A stretch of DNA of 63,248 bases, the filler included, from Pelomyxa schiedti (lineage: Eukaryota; Protista; Evosea), in assembly GCA_020536535.1 (NCBI GenBank). It is 9 parts of 9 records of this genome, joined end to end, with 100 filler letters (N's around TTAATTAATTAA, not from the genome) between each part and the next. Parts side by side here need not be neighbours in the genome. Positions count along the whole stretch, not along the records: positions 1 to 21,324 come from JAHLWZ010001074.1; 8 more parts are not named here. One strand, 5' to 3'. Both the position numbers and the translations under genes were made by a program. Below the pieces are notes generated by a model. The model was not told the DNA's origin. It did no database searches and saw only the letters and a program-made list of their open reading frames with translations. Of the stretch, positions 1 to 10,341 are shown one piece after another; within the stretch, counting starts at the first letter, position 1, and each line of letters starts with the position of its first letter.

Positions 1-227
1 CGCCGCGCCAACCGCCCCGCGGCACAAAACATCAACAAATCCCGGCAAAATCGGGCCGCTTCACCCTGCCTTGCTCACTAAAAAATTCTGTTTTTCTCAT
101 TTGACTTGCCCCCCGGTGTAAAACAATCAACAAAACGGTCTGAAAGAAAAAAAAGTTTTTTTTGCATCCTGAACAGAACACAAACAATTGCCGCAAATAA
201 TTACCGGTTGTGATGATGTGCGACAAC

Positions 228-2429
228 CTAAGATGAGTTTTTATCCCAAATTTGTGGAGCAACACTCCTCAACCAATAGCGAGTAACAAGGGGGAAGTCA
301 AAATAAGTCTGGTGAGAGCAGAAATCCACGATGTCATTCATGGAGATGTCAGGAAAGAAGCTTCTAACAAAGTGCACGCTGACTGGTGACTGCAGAAGAA
401 GCTTCAGGCACATCTTCTTGAGGAACGTGGAGGTGAGGCCTGGAAACTTCCTGATAAGCATCTTCCACACAAACAAGTCAATCCTCTCCCAGTATATCTT
501 CAATGCATTGCCCAGCATCTTAACCAAAAAGGGTGAGTGTACTAACGTTTGTAATAGTGATGGTACCTCATCCAGTGTGATGTGGAACCTGTTGATGAGC
601 CACTCTGCACAATTTTCTTTGCCCAATGACAGTAAGTTGACAAGGATCTGCTTGTTGAGTACGATGTGGGCTCGTTCAAGTTGGAAGTGAGTGACCAACC
701 ACTTGACTGTTTTGCTTGACAGTAAGCAGGTGCCTGAAAGGCACTGTGCAACAGTCTCTTTAGTGAAGGTTCCCATGGCAGCAACCTTTTTAACTGTTGG
801 GAGGCTGCAGCTTTGAGCACTTATCTTCAGCAAAGAAGCCATCAGCTTCGTTCTATGTGGTTCTTTTATGGAAAATTTCTCAATGAGAAGCAAGGTAACT
901 GTGGGAAAACTCTCTTTTGACACGAGCTCTTTGATTGCTTCCAGAACCTCACTCTCCTCCACACATCTCATTTCTGAATGATTCACAAGCCACATCACCC
1001 CCTCAAGCCTGCCCTTCCACTTCCATGCACACATTCCTTTACAAACCCCGACCAGAATTGAGCTTGCTGTAGAGTTCCAACTTGTGAGTTGTCTCATGAT
1101 GCCGAAAGTTGCATCCAGCCATGATGCAATCAAGGTGTTGTTTTGTGCCAATGCTGCAACAAGAGAGTCACGAAGATCCTTTGGTGAAAGGGTAACCTTT
1201 GTTGACAACCACTGCATAATACCCACGTCATCTAACTTGTTTCTGCAGGCTGCAGTGAACTCCTTTGCTGTGAGTTTGAGTGGGTATTCTTCAACAGCAT
1301 ACTTCACAAGCTCGAGACCTCCTTTCTCTTTACAGTATCTTGCGAGATCTTCCTTGCTGGGGTTGAAGGAATCTGACAATGATGTGACACATTTCAGTAT
1401 GTCCACCCTGCCAAAACGACTGTGAGGGCAGATTTCATCTGTTGGGATGACAAAGTTCTCAATAAAGAACTTTAACACATCAGCACCACTACTTCTTTTG
1501 GCATATGTGCAGACAGCAAAGAGAATACTTTCTGTTGTGTAGGGCTCATGCACTGGAAAGGTTTCAAAGCACCACTTCACAACTGCAAGATTCTCACTCC
1601 TGCATGCACATTCGTGAATGCACATCCACTGATCAAAGCTTTCAAAAGTATGAATCACGTTAAATGCACTTACAATCCACTGAGCCACGCGGAGCTGGCC
1701 CTTGTACAGAGCATCAGCAAAGGGCCGTGCAAGTTCCCAGGGTTCCCTGATGTTGAACCTCTCAACCATCCACTTTGCCACCTCTAATTGCCCCTGACGG
1801 CACACTCTCACCAGAATTGCGGAATCCCTCACGTGCTGTTCCAGCCCTGCACGCGCCGCAATCGAATCACCACCACTGCGATCAGTCTGCCAGGTGATGC
1901 CAGGCCAGCGACCATCGACCAGCCTCATTGCCATCCCCAAGTGACCGCCACAGCACAACCCCCCGAGCACGTGAATGAACTCCTTGTTCCCCCTCCTGAC
2001 ACATCTCTCCTCATCCCAATCATCATCATCGCAACCACCAGCAGCCGACGACGAGGCCATTGTATCCGCGACAGCTCTTTGTTGTGTTGCATTCCTCTTC
2101 CTGTCACTGACCAACCAATCGACGCACGACGTTGCACCGGCCTCGGCAGCGGCCTCCATGGCTGTGTAATACTTCTCGTGGTGGCTCAGCAGTGACCTGC
2201 ACACGCGTCCCACGAGTGGGAACATGCCCTCCCCGACACAGCACATCGTCACAGCGTACTTAAGTTTTTCAGCAACCAGTGCGCTTTGTGCCGGTACGCC
2301 GTCGATAAGACGACGAGGGACGAGCCACGGCAAAACAGATTCCCACACGATCCGTGACATCGTCACAACTCGAGTGTGGTACTCGTCATCCGTTGTCGTT
2401 ACGCTTGTATTGTTTGTCATAGGGAGCAT
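228..2429 (-). CDS. Degenerate ankyrin-repeat-like protein, lineage-expanded family (copy 1)
   Basis: 733-aa ORF with repeated ankyrin-like motifs (LCCGGHLGMAMRLV, CRQGQLEVAKWMV, ACRSENLAVVKWCF). Probable in-frame 48-nt GT..AG intron at 566-519, matching the intron position in paralogs. Confidence 0.8.
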   Translation of the reverse strand: MLPMTNNTSVTTTDDEYHTRVVTMSRIVWESVLPWLVPRRLIDGVPAQSALVAEKLKYAVTMCCVGEGMFPLVGRVCRSLLSHHEKYYTAMEAAAEAGATSCVDWLVSDRKRNATQQRAVADTMASSSAAGGCDDDDWDEERCVRRGNKEFIHVLGGLCCGGHLGMAMRLVDGRWPGITWQTDRSGGDSIAARAGLEQHVRDSAILVRVCRQGQLEVAKWMVERFNIREPWELARPFADALYKGQLRVAQWIVSAFNVIHTFESFDQWMCIHECACRSENLAVVKWCFETFPVHEPYTTESILFAVCTYAKRSSGADVLKFFIENFVIPTDEICPHSRFGRVDILKCVTSLSDSFNPSKEDLARYCKEKGGLELVKYAVEEYPLKLTAKEFTAACRNKLDDVGIMQWLSTKVTLSPKDLRDSLVAALAQNNTLIASWLDATFGIMRQLTSWNSTASSILVGVCKGMCAWKWKGRLEGVMWLVNHSEMRCVEESEVLEAIKELVSKESFPTVTLLLIEKFSIKEPHRTKLMASLLKISAQSCSLPTVKKVAAMGTFTKETVAQCLSGTCLLSSKTVKWLVTHFQLERAHIVLNKQILVNLLSLGKENCAEWLINRFHITLDEVPSLLQTLVHSPFLVKMLGNALKIYWERIDLFVWKMLIRKFPGLTSTFLKKMCLKLLLQSPVSVHFVRSFFPDISMNDIVDFCSHQTYFDFPLVTRYWLRSVAPQIWDKNSS

Positions 2430-2513
2430 GCAGCTCGAGGTTATTTGTGTTGTTGAAAATGTGTGTTCTGTGGTGACACCTTTTGTGTTTTACAATTGGG
2501 TCATTCGTGGAAA

Positions 2514-4635
2514 TCAAAGGTCGAGATCAGTGGGGAACTGGGACTTGAGCCAACCACGGGTTTCGGGAGGGAACCAAGGAAGTGTTCTGCAGAATTCTTT
2601 CAGGTCACTAGCGGTGAGGTCAGGGAACCGCTTCATTGTGTACTGTGCAATGATTGGTGAACTAACCACCATACCAAGGAGGTTCTGTCTGATGGCCGTT
2701 GTTGTGATGGCTGGGAACACACGTAGGATCATTTTCCAGGCAAACAGGTCAAAGTTCCAGAGTGAAGAAGGCCAGTAAATGGAGAGGAACTACACGGAAC
2801 AGGATAAATTTTAATCTCAAAAAGTGAGTTCATACCTCATCCAGGGTGATGTGAAACTTGTTTATGAGCCACTCAGCACAATTCTCTTGTCCCAGTGAAA
2901 CCAGTCTTTCCAGTAGCATGTTTTGGTTGCCTGTTATGTGGTCGCGTTCAAGTTGGAAGTGTGTAATGAACCACTTCGCTGATTTGGTCGACGCACATCC
3001 AAAACCGTTTAACAGGGCATCGGTAACAGCATCTTTGGTGAACTCACCAAGAGACACTATCTTTTTGACTTGGGATAGGCGGTCAACTCGGGCACTTGTA
3101 GTCAAGAGACTGTTGAGAAGTGCAGAGTGTGGGGGCTCATGAACGTGGAACTTCTCAATGATGAGCAGTGGTGCCGTTTTAACAAATTTCTGGTAAACGA
3201 GATGCTCAAGAGATTCCATAATGGAGCTTTCACTTTCACCCACCATCATCGCAGGGCACTTCAGAAGCCACTTAAGCCCCTCCACTCTTTCCTCAAAAGC
3301 AGGCATTTCTCGGCAGACTTTTTCCAGAATAGTAGCTGGTGGGGCCAGTTTCAAGACTCCAAAGGTGTCATCCAACCATGCTGCGATTGATGTGTTGCTG
3401 TGACCAACGGCCACTGCAAAAGAGTCACAGAGATCCTTTGGGGAAAGTCTCAACATTGTTGACAACCACTTCACAAGGGGAACACTGTCCTTCTTGTTTC
3501 TGCAGGAAGCACGAAACATTTCTGGAGATGGCTTGATTGAGTGCTCCTCTACAAGGGCCTTGACTACATCAAGCCCTCCCTTCTCTTCACAAAAAGCCTC
3601 AATCTCTCCTACGGGAGTGAAAAGGGGGAATGTCAATGATGCCCAATGCAGTACGTCCACTCTGCGTATTCCAGCCAGCTCATGGCCGAGTCTATTCGAA
3701 GGGACTATGATGTGGGGAGTGATGTACTCACACACCTTAACACAGCCACTTGTTTTCCCAGCCAGAAAATTGAGTATGCCGAATTTTGTACGATTGACAG
3801 GAAAATTTTCAAAGCACCACTTGACTACTGCCAAGTTTTCACTCCTGCACGCATGGGAGTGAGCATCCAGGAAATTATATTTGCTGAATTGTGAAACCAA
3901 ATCGAAAGTGCTTGCCATCCACTGAGCCACCTCAAGGTGTCCCCCCGACAAAGCGCCATTAAGTGGGCTAAGGAACTCCCAGGGCTCCCTGATGTGGAAC
4001 CTCTCAGTCATCCACTTCACCACATCTAAGTGTCCCTTCTTACACACTCTCTTCATAATTTTGGTCGAGGCTCTCACATGGTCAACAAGCTCAACATCAC
4101 CGCAATCGCCGGCATTCCCAGAAGCAGAAGCAGAATCAGAAGCAGAGGCGGGCCACACCAGCCCAGGCCAGTGGCCATCAACCAGCCTCTGTGCCATTGC
4201 CAAGTGACCACCTCTACACAATCCACCCAGTACGCGAACAAACTCCTTCCGTCCTCTCGTCGTCGTCATGTCTCCCTCCAGCCCCTCCAAGCCACCGGCG
4301 TCGTTCCCATAATCATCGCAGCGGCGGCCGCCCGTCGCCTTCCTGTCCCTGACGAGCCAGTCCACGCACGACGCGGCGCCGGCCTCCGCGGCCGCCTCCA
4401 CCACGACGCCGTACTTCTGGTAATAGCTCACCAGGGACCTGCACGCGCGTCCCACAAGTGGGAACACGCCCTCCCCGATCCTGCACATCGTCACCGCGTG
4501 CTTCAACGAGTATCCGCGCGTGTATGCGCACGTCGGTGCCACCACCAACAGATCTCGCGGCACCAGCCACGGCACCACCCAGTCCCACACAATCCGCGAC
4601 ACCACAACAACCCGTTCACGATAGTGCTCCTCCAT
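2514..4635 (-). CDS. Ankyrin-repeat-like family protein (copy 2), 2 exons
   Basis: Start MEEHYRERVVVVSRIVWDWVVPWL at 4635. Intron 2835-2790 (GTATGA..GTGTAG) joins ITLDE to FLSIYWPSSLWNFDLFAWKMILRVFP, homologous to the copy 1 C-terminus. Confidence 0.82.
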
Positions 4636-4770
4636 TCCCGCAGTAAGATGAAAATGTTTGGTTGTTCTTTTGTCGTTTGTCGTTGGCTGATGAAAGAATT
4701 TCATCACACATCAAAGACAAGGAACTGGATTTTTGGTTGCTGATGAGGGGGCTGAGAATGACGCGGAGGG

Positions 4771-6899
4771 CTAATGGCTGCCGGTGTAACAGTGACGGTC
4801 GATGTACTCCCGGAAGGCCTCTTGTATACCTGATGATGTGAGTTTGGTGTTGAGCGATTGGCAGGGACATACTTGCTGTGGTCATGCCGTACATCTCGGG
4901 TGTGTATTGCCTGCGGCCGTGCTTCCCTTGTGGGTTCTCAGCGAGCCATTGCTTCATTCCGGCCTTGGCTTCTTCACTGCGGAAATTGTTGTGAGAAGTG
5001 CGTAGAGCAGTTAAAATTCCACTCACGTTAAAGGAACGCCGAAGTGCTCGTAGGCTTTCTCAAGGCAAGCAATTGGATCAGTGACAAAGTCTAATTGGGA
5101 GAAAGGTTAATTGTTTTGAGGCACTGGAGCGATGGTACCTTTGTAGAATATGTTGTACCAGTGCTTTGGATCGGTGCGTTGTTGCCACTCCATACCGCGG
5201 TAGGCACAGGTGCGCCAGACACGCATTCCCCACTTGGCAATGTCCCTTCTGTTCCACTTTCCATCGCGATAAAGGTGGCTCATCATGGTCTTCAAGAAGA
5301 TTAGATTCAGGAATGTATACGTCTCAAAAACGAACCTCTTGCAGGGCTGCCCAGCTTGGAATGGTCTCTGAAGGATCACGGTGGATGAAGAGCACTCGGA
5401 CATCGGGAATTTCCTGTAGCATGGCGTCTAGCCAGAGACTGTGTACTGGGCACTTGTAGATCCACATGTTTTCGGGACCAAATCCCTGAAAAGAAATTAC
5501 TAAAAAATGGTTGCTATATTGTTGAGGGACATACGGAATTGAGAATTTGAAGGAAGGTCCTCAGGAACCGGTACAAGAAGTTCTTGTCCGGCTCAAGATA
5601 GTAATCTGTGTACTTGTCACCGGAAAATATTCCATGGACTAAAAAGAGCCCAATCCAGTTCCTTCATGGGTTAACAAAAGAAAAGCATATGTCGCAACTA
5701 CATCAAGTAGCTCTCCTCATCTGGAAAGGAGTTAGGAATTTCGTATTGCCTTGGAAGAGTTACCAACAGATTCGGGACCAGAGAAGTGTGATTGGGCAAC
5801 AGCTGGCCTGGGTTCGATAGGTTAAGGAGGGGTTGTAGGGAAAAAAACAACCACACCAGTATCCCTTGATAAATTTATCCACAAAGAAGAATTGCTTCTT
5901 GCACTGAAATTTGTGACAAATGGAAATTTTTCGAGACAAAATCTAACCTGTTCAATGCGTGGATCCTTCAAAATTGTCTCCTTTGATTGTGCAGGTGGGA
6001 TTGCACTGACCAAGTGGTGCATCTCGAACATGCGAATGCCTCGGTTGCGGGGATCTGAGGCAACCAAGCTGAATCCCAATGATTAATGGGTTCAAATGAT
6101 CGTTTCGAGAGGAAGGCATACTTGTGCAAGAAAGTAGTTCCGGCTCGAGGAAGACCAGAAATGAACATGATAGGATTAAGGGGCTTCTCTGCAATCTCTG
6201 GGTGCTGGGCGGCATGCTGCGCAATCTGAAGCCCAGCCTCAGCCATTTTGTGCATTGTCCCGTTCATCATGAAGTGAGAGTTCTAAGTCAGGGCATTCAG
6301 GGTTGAACAGTATTGTAACGAGGAAAGTAAAGTGCACACATAAGGGACGTGGGACATGTCCAAATTACTGAGCCATATATCCCAGGCCCTTAAAGCCTGT
6401 GACATATCACCAAGCATTGGTGAATGGCACGCGCACATATCCCTGACAATCTAAACGTAATGGTGAGACAATTATGGATGAAAAAATAACCCACTCTGCG
6501 AATGCCGTCAGCTTGGAAAATGGGGTTTTTCCAAACCCAACTCATGCCCCAGCCCACCCAGTCAAGTCCGTACGAGAACCAAGTTATGGGAAGTGCCTGG
6601 TTCGGCAAGAAATTCGTGCCGACCTGCCCATCGCCCGGGAACGGCTGCATCACCATGCATGTGAGACAACAACACAATGCTGAAAAAAAAAACAAAACGA
6701 AAAACCGTACTTCTCCTCTGCAAGCAGCAAGAAACAATGCAGACGGCGAAACTGACGTGGTTGTTGTCGTGGTACTACTGGTAGATCGCGACACAGCGGT
6801 ACAAGTGGTAGTTGTTGTCGTTGTAGGTACCGGGGCTGACGTAGTCGCTGCTGTCGCAGATCCGGTTGCCTCTTGCTGCTGTGTCTCGTTTGATGCCAT
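4771..6899 (-). CDS. Sulfotransferase (Sulfotransfer_3, bacterial-type), multi-exon
   Basis: Spliced exons give the PAPS loop FISGLPRAGTTFLH, then DPRNRGIRMFEM, WIYKCPVHSLWLDAML..VLFIHRDP, WLAENPQGKHGRRQYTPEMYGMT and terminal IQEAFREYIDRH..TAG. Confidence 0.85.
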
Positions 6900-7174
6900 T
6901 TTTGTTTTGGAACTTTCTTTGTCTTTGACCTTTGTACGGAAAGCTCTCGCTTTCAATCAAACCTCGAGATTTGATTTCAGAGCTTTCCAAAAAAGTTGAG
7001 TGCACTCAGCTTTGTTGTCAGTGATGAGGTTTTTACCTACTCAGTTTGGCCCCAGGAAGTAGTTGTGCTGTCCCACAAATTGTGGTTGTTGGTTATGAAG
7101 CAGTGGTGGCCATTCTTGTCTTGAAGAGTGAAACAAGCTCCAATAGAAAAAGCAAGTAGTTATTTCAAAAGAGT

Positions 7175-8895
7175 TTAGTGCTTTTTGAATGGCTTGTTCT
7201 TTTTGGTGTTGTTTCCTGCACTTTTCTTCTTTCCACCCTTTCCACCCTTGCTGTGGAAACTCTTTACTGGAGTAAAGTCTGCCCCACCATCGTCATCACC
7301 ATCGTCATCACCTCCTTGTGAGTAGTCCACTTCATCACCATCACCATCATCGCTCATGTCATCGGTTCCATTCTGTTTCTTCCACTTCTTCCGCTTCTTA
7401 AGCTGCTGGTTCTTCTTGTGCTTGAGGTCGCCGTCGGTACTGGCTGCTGCCGACTTCTTCTTTTTGTATGATGAGGATGGCGATGTGGATGGTGCTTTTG
7501 TTTTGGACGATGAGGGGTCTGATTTGGGTGCGAGTATGATCGTGAAGTTGTTCCTTTGCTTGCCACCTCTGATGAGCCGGCGGGGGAATAGCGCCCCCGT
7601 TGGTGGATGTGATGCAGTGTCACGTTTGAGGATGTGGAAGGCCAGTTTGGCAGATTGTTTTTGGTAGACAATGGAGAACCCAATCGATGCGGCAATGCCA
7701 GCAAAGTGGCTGAAGTTTGTGGTTAGGTTTGCTTTTTGATTCAGTATTGTGTGCGGTTTGTTTCTGATTGTTTGTATTGGTTTATTTGGAACATACCCGT
7801 AGGTCATGTACCGGCTGTTTTCAAAACAAGCCTTGGGAAGCACAAGGAACAACAGTCCGCCTTCTTTCAGACAACCAAATGCCTAAGAGCAATTAACATG
7901 GAAGAGGGTATTCAAAAAGTAACCACAAACCACTTTCAACATTTCACCTCTCTTGCGTGGGTTTGGCTCAAAGTTCATTACCAGACATAATGAAATTATA
8001 TCATAAGAGGAGTCCTGAACAACGTCAAGGAAGTTGGCCTCCAGAACTGTTTCAGTGGTGAGTGAATTGAAAGTGGGAGCCAACTAACAAACCGAATGGA
8101 TTTCTTGGGTTCAGGTCAATTGCAGTCACATCCAAATACTGGTATTTCCGGAAACTGTTGCTGATGCTGCCAACATCCAAAAGTTTCAGTTTAGACTGCA
8201 CCATCACGTTAAATAGAAAGTGCATGGAGAAGTAATCTTATAGTAAATAAAATAACCATACTAATTATTAAACTATAAATTATATAGTTTTGAAGAAAAA
8301 TGAAAGGAGTAGAAGCAGACCCCTGTTGGTGACTCTCCATCACACACAATCTTCAATTTCTTCAGGCAAAAAATAACCCACTTGTGGGTACTGAAATCAG
8401 ATGCACCAGTCTCAGAGGCATCCTGGTACTCCGATATCGAAGTTCCCTTATCACTCCTGCTCGGTCAAGTTTAAATAGTAAGAATATGAACGTTGCACAA
8501 AGAAGACTCTCTCACACACGCCACTAAAATCCCTACTTTTATTAGAAAATCAACACACATACATACACGTTTGGCTGCAAGTCGTGGTTCGACTCCTCGC
8601 CGTCGCCGTCGCCCTCTCCATCGGGCTCCTTCGCGTCTTGTGGTTTTGCTTTTGTTTTTGTTTTGTTGTGGTCCGTTCCGCCCCTTTGTGTTCGCACCCT
8701 CTGCATTTCTTTGAGTTGCACGTGGAATTTGTTGACCCTCTCCCCCGCGGTTTTTGCTGGCGCCGCCGCCGTAGTCGTTGTAGTTGTTGAGCTGGGCTGC
8801 GCCGGCGACGGCGAGCGGTGATCCCGCGAGCGCGAGACGATGCTGCGGTGTACCGATGTGCGCTTCACAACAAGCCCCCCGCGTCTCTTGCCCAT
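7175..8895 (-). CDS. BMT2: 25S rRNA (adenine-N1)-methyltransferase Bmt2 homologue, multi-exon
   Basis: Exons encode YQDASETG, LKLLDVGSIS..DVTAIDLNP, VLEANFL, YDIISLCLVMNFEPNPRKRGEML and LFLVLPKACFENSRYM, with basic and acidic low-complexity termini. Confidence 0.85.
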
Positions 8896-9100
8896 TGCTA
8901 CCCGACTCCCAATTAACCTGATGCAACTGCAAGACCGCAATCAAACCTGTTTTTTTTTTCTTTCCATTGAGCCTCATCACCACAGGAGCACGTTATGTGT
9001 TGAAATCCGCAGACCCCTAGACCACGAGGCCAGAATCTTTGTCTATGCGATTTTTTTTTTACCACTGGTTGCAGGTAGTGCCGCTGCCACCGATACCATA

Positions 9101-10246
9101 ATGACGGATCGGAAAGTTATTCTCCTACGTTCTGTGTCGTCGCAATTCCTTGCGTTGTGCCCGATTTCTCACGCGAGGTGCGGGTCCTCTGAACAACGAC
9201 GGCGTGGGAGTATGACCAATGAAACAGCAACCGTTTCTGATTCTTGGTGCGAGTGGGCGTTGTTGAGCCGCACTGCTGTCAAAGTAGTGTTCGAGTGGGT
9301 CGCGGGGAACACTGTAAGGTTCTTCAGAGTGAATGTGCTCTCTGGGGAGCTTGGACTCCCATGCCTTGAGGATACATTGACCGCGTTCACGTTTGGTGTG
9401 TCAGTGATTACCCTCGGGGCTGTTCTGTCTCACACAAACTCCTGGGTTTACGATGACCAGGCGGAAAAAATGGCGCTGTTTGTGGGATCATTTCCATTCT
9501 CTCCTGGTTTCCGTGTGCCTCAATGTGTGCGGGCAAATCACAAGTTCCGAATTATGTGTGACAACACAAGGGGAGTGGCTCTCAACCTACTGGATACGCA
9601 TCAGAAGCTAGAACACGCAGACAAAGTGATCCCGTCACACCACAAGAGTGAAGTATTTCTGAATGAATGGAACGAAGATGAAGCTGTATTGGCGAAAACG
9701 GAGGGAACTTGCCTGGAGCTTACAGTGATCAATTTGCCAGAAGTCTGGTGGACAAACATAATCAAGCCAGTCTTTTCTGCTCACTTCATGCTTCCCAAGT
9801 GGGGCCTAATTGAAACAGTGCTTGTTCTTCAAACAGAGGTCTTTGAGCGTACCTTCATCGTGAAAAATCGTTTAACTCCCAGAGAGACACTTATTCTTCA
9901 GTACACCGAGTCTTCTGGTGCACAAGCAATTCGTGCCGGAGACTATATATCTCCCATTTTCACCTCCGACGCACCTGTGCTTGCTCAGATGAGTTGCAGG
10001 CTGTACAGTGTTACGGTGCCACACCGTACTCTGGAAATATGGGATTGCAACAACCCCACAATTCCCCTCAGAATTGTTGACCAATCAGTCTGTTGCGGCA
10101 CTGTCTATGGGTTTGCTGGGTTCCTCTTTCACGTGAGGAAAACCCACATCACTGTCACTGAGTGGTCAACTGGTTGCAAACTCCTAATGCTGCTGCTTGT
10201 TGGTTGTGAACACAGAGTCACATCACACTTCTCACTCTTGCTCTGA
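9101..10246 (+). CDS. Hypothetical protein, 'QFxAL..RCG' N-terminal-motif family, predicted beta-rich C-terminus
   Basis: Intronless ORF (likely start MTDRK at 9101) with SQFLALCPISHARCGSS. The C-terminal LEIWDCNN..PLR segment is shared with 34378-35520. Confidence 0.72.
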   Translation: MTDRKVILLRSVSSQFLALCPISHARCGSSEQRRRGSMTNETATVSDSWCEWALLSRTAVKVVFEWVAGNTVRFFRVNVLSGELGLPCLEDTLTAFTFGVSVITLGAVLSHTNSWVYDDQAEKMALFVGSFPFSPGFRVPQCVRANHKFRIMCDNTRGVALNLLDTHQKLEHADKVIPSHHKSEVFLNEWNEDEAVLAKTEGTCLELTVINLPEVWWTNIIKPVFSAHFMLPKWGLIETVLVLQTEVFERTFIVKNRLTPRETLILQYTESSGAQAIRAGDYISPIFTSDAPVLAQMSCRLYSVTVPHRTLEIWDCNNPTIPLRIVDQSVCCGTVYGFAGFLFHVRKTHITVTEWSTGCKLLMLLLVGCEHRVTSHFSLLL

Positions 10247-10341
10247 GGCACTTTCCTGCCACTAGCTCCTCCAAAAAGTAAGTAGATAAGAAATTTCACA
10301 AACGAAGGGTGCCCTTTTCATCAAAAAAAATGGGTTGAATT

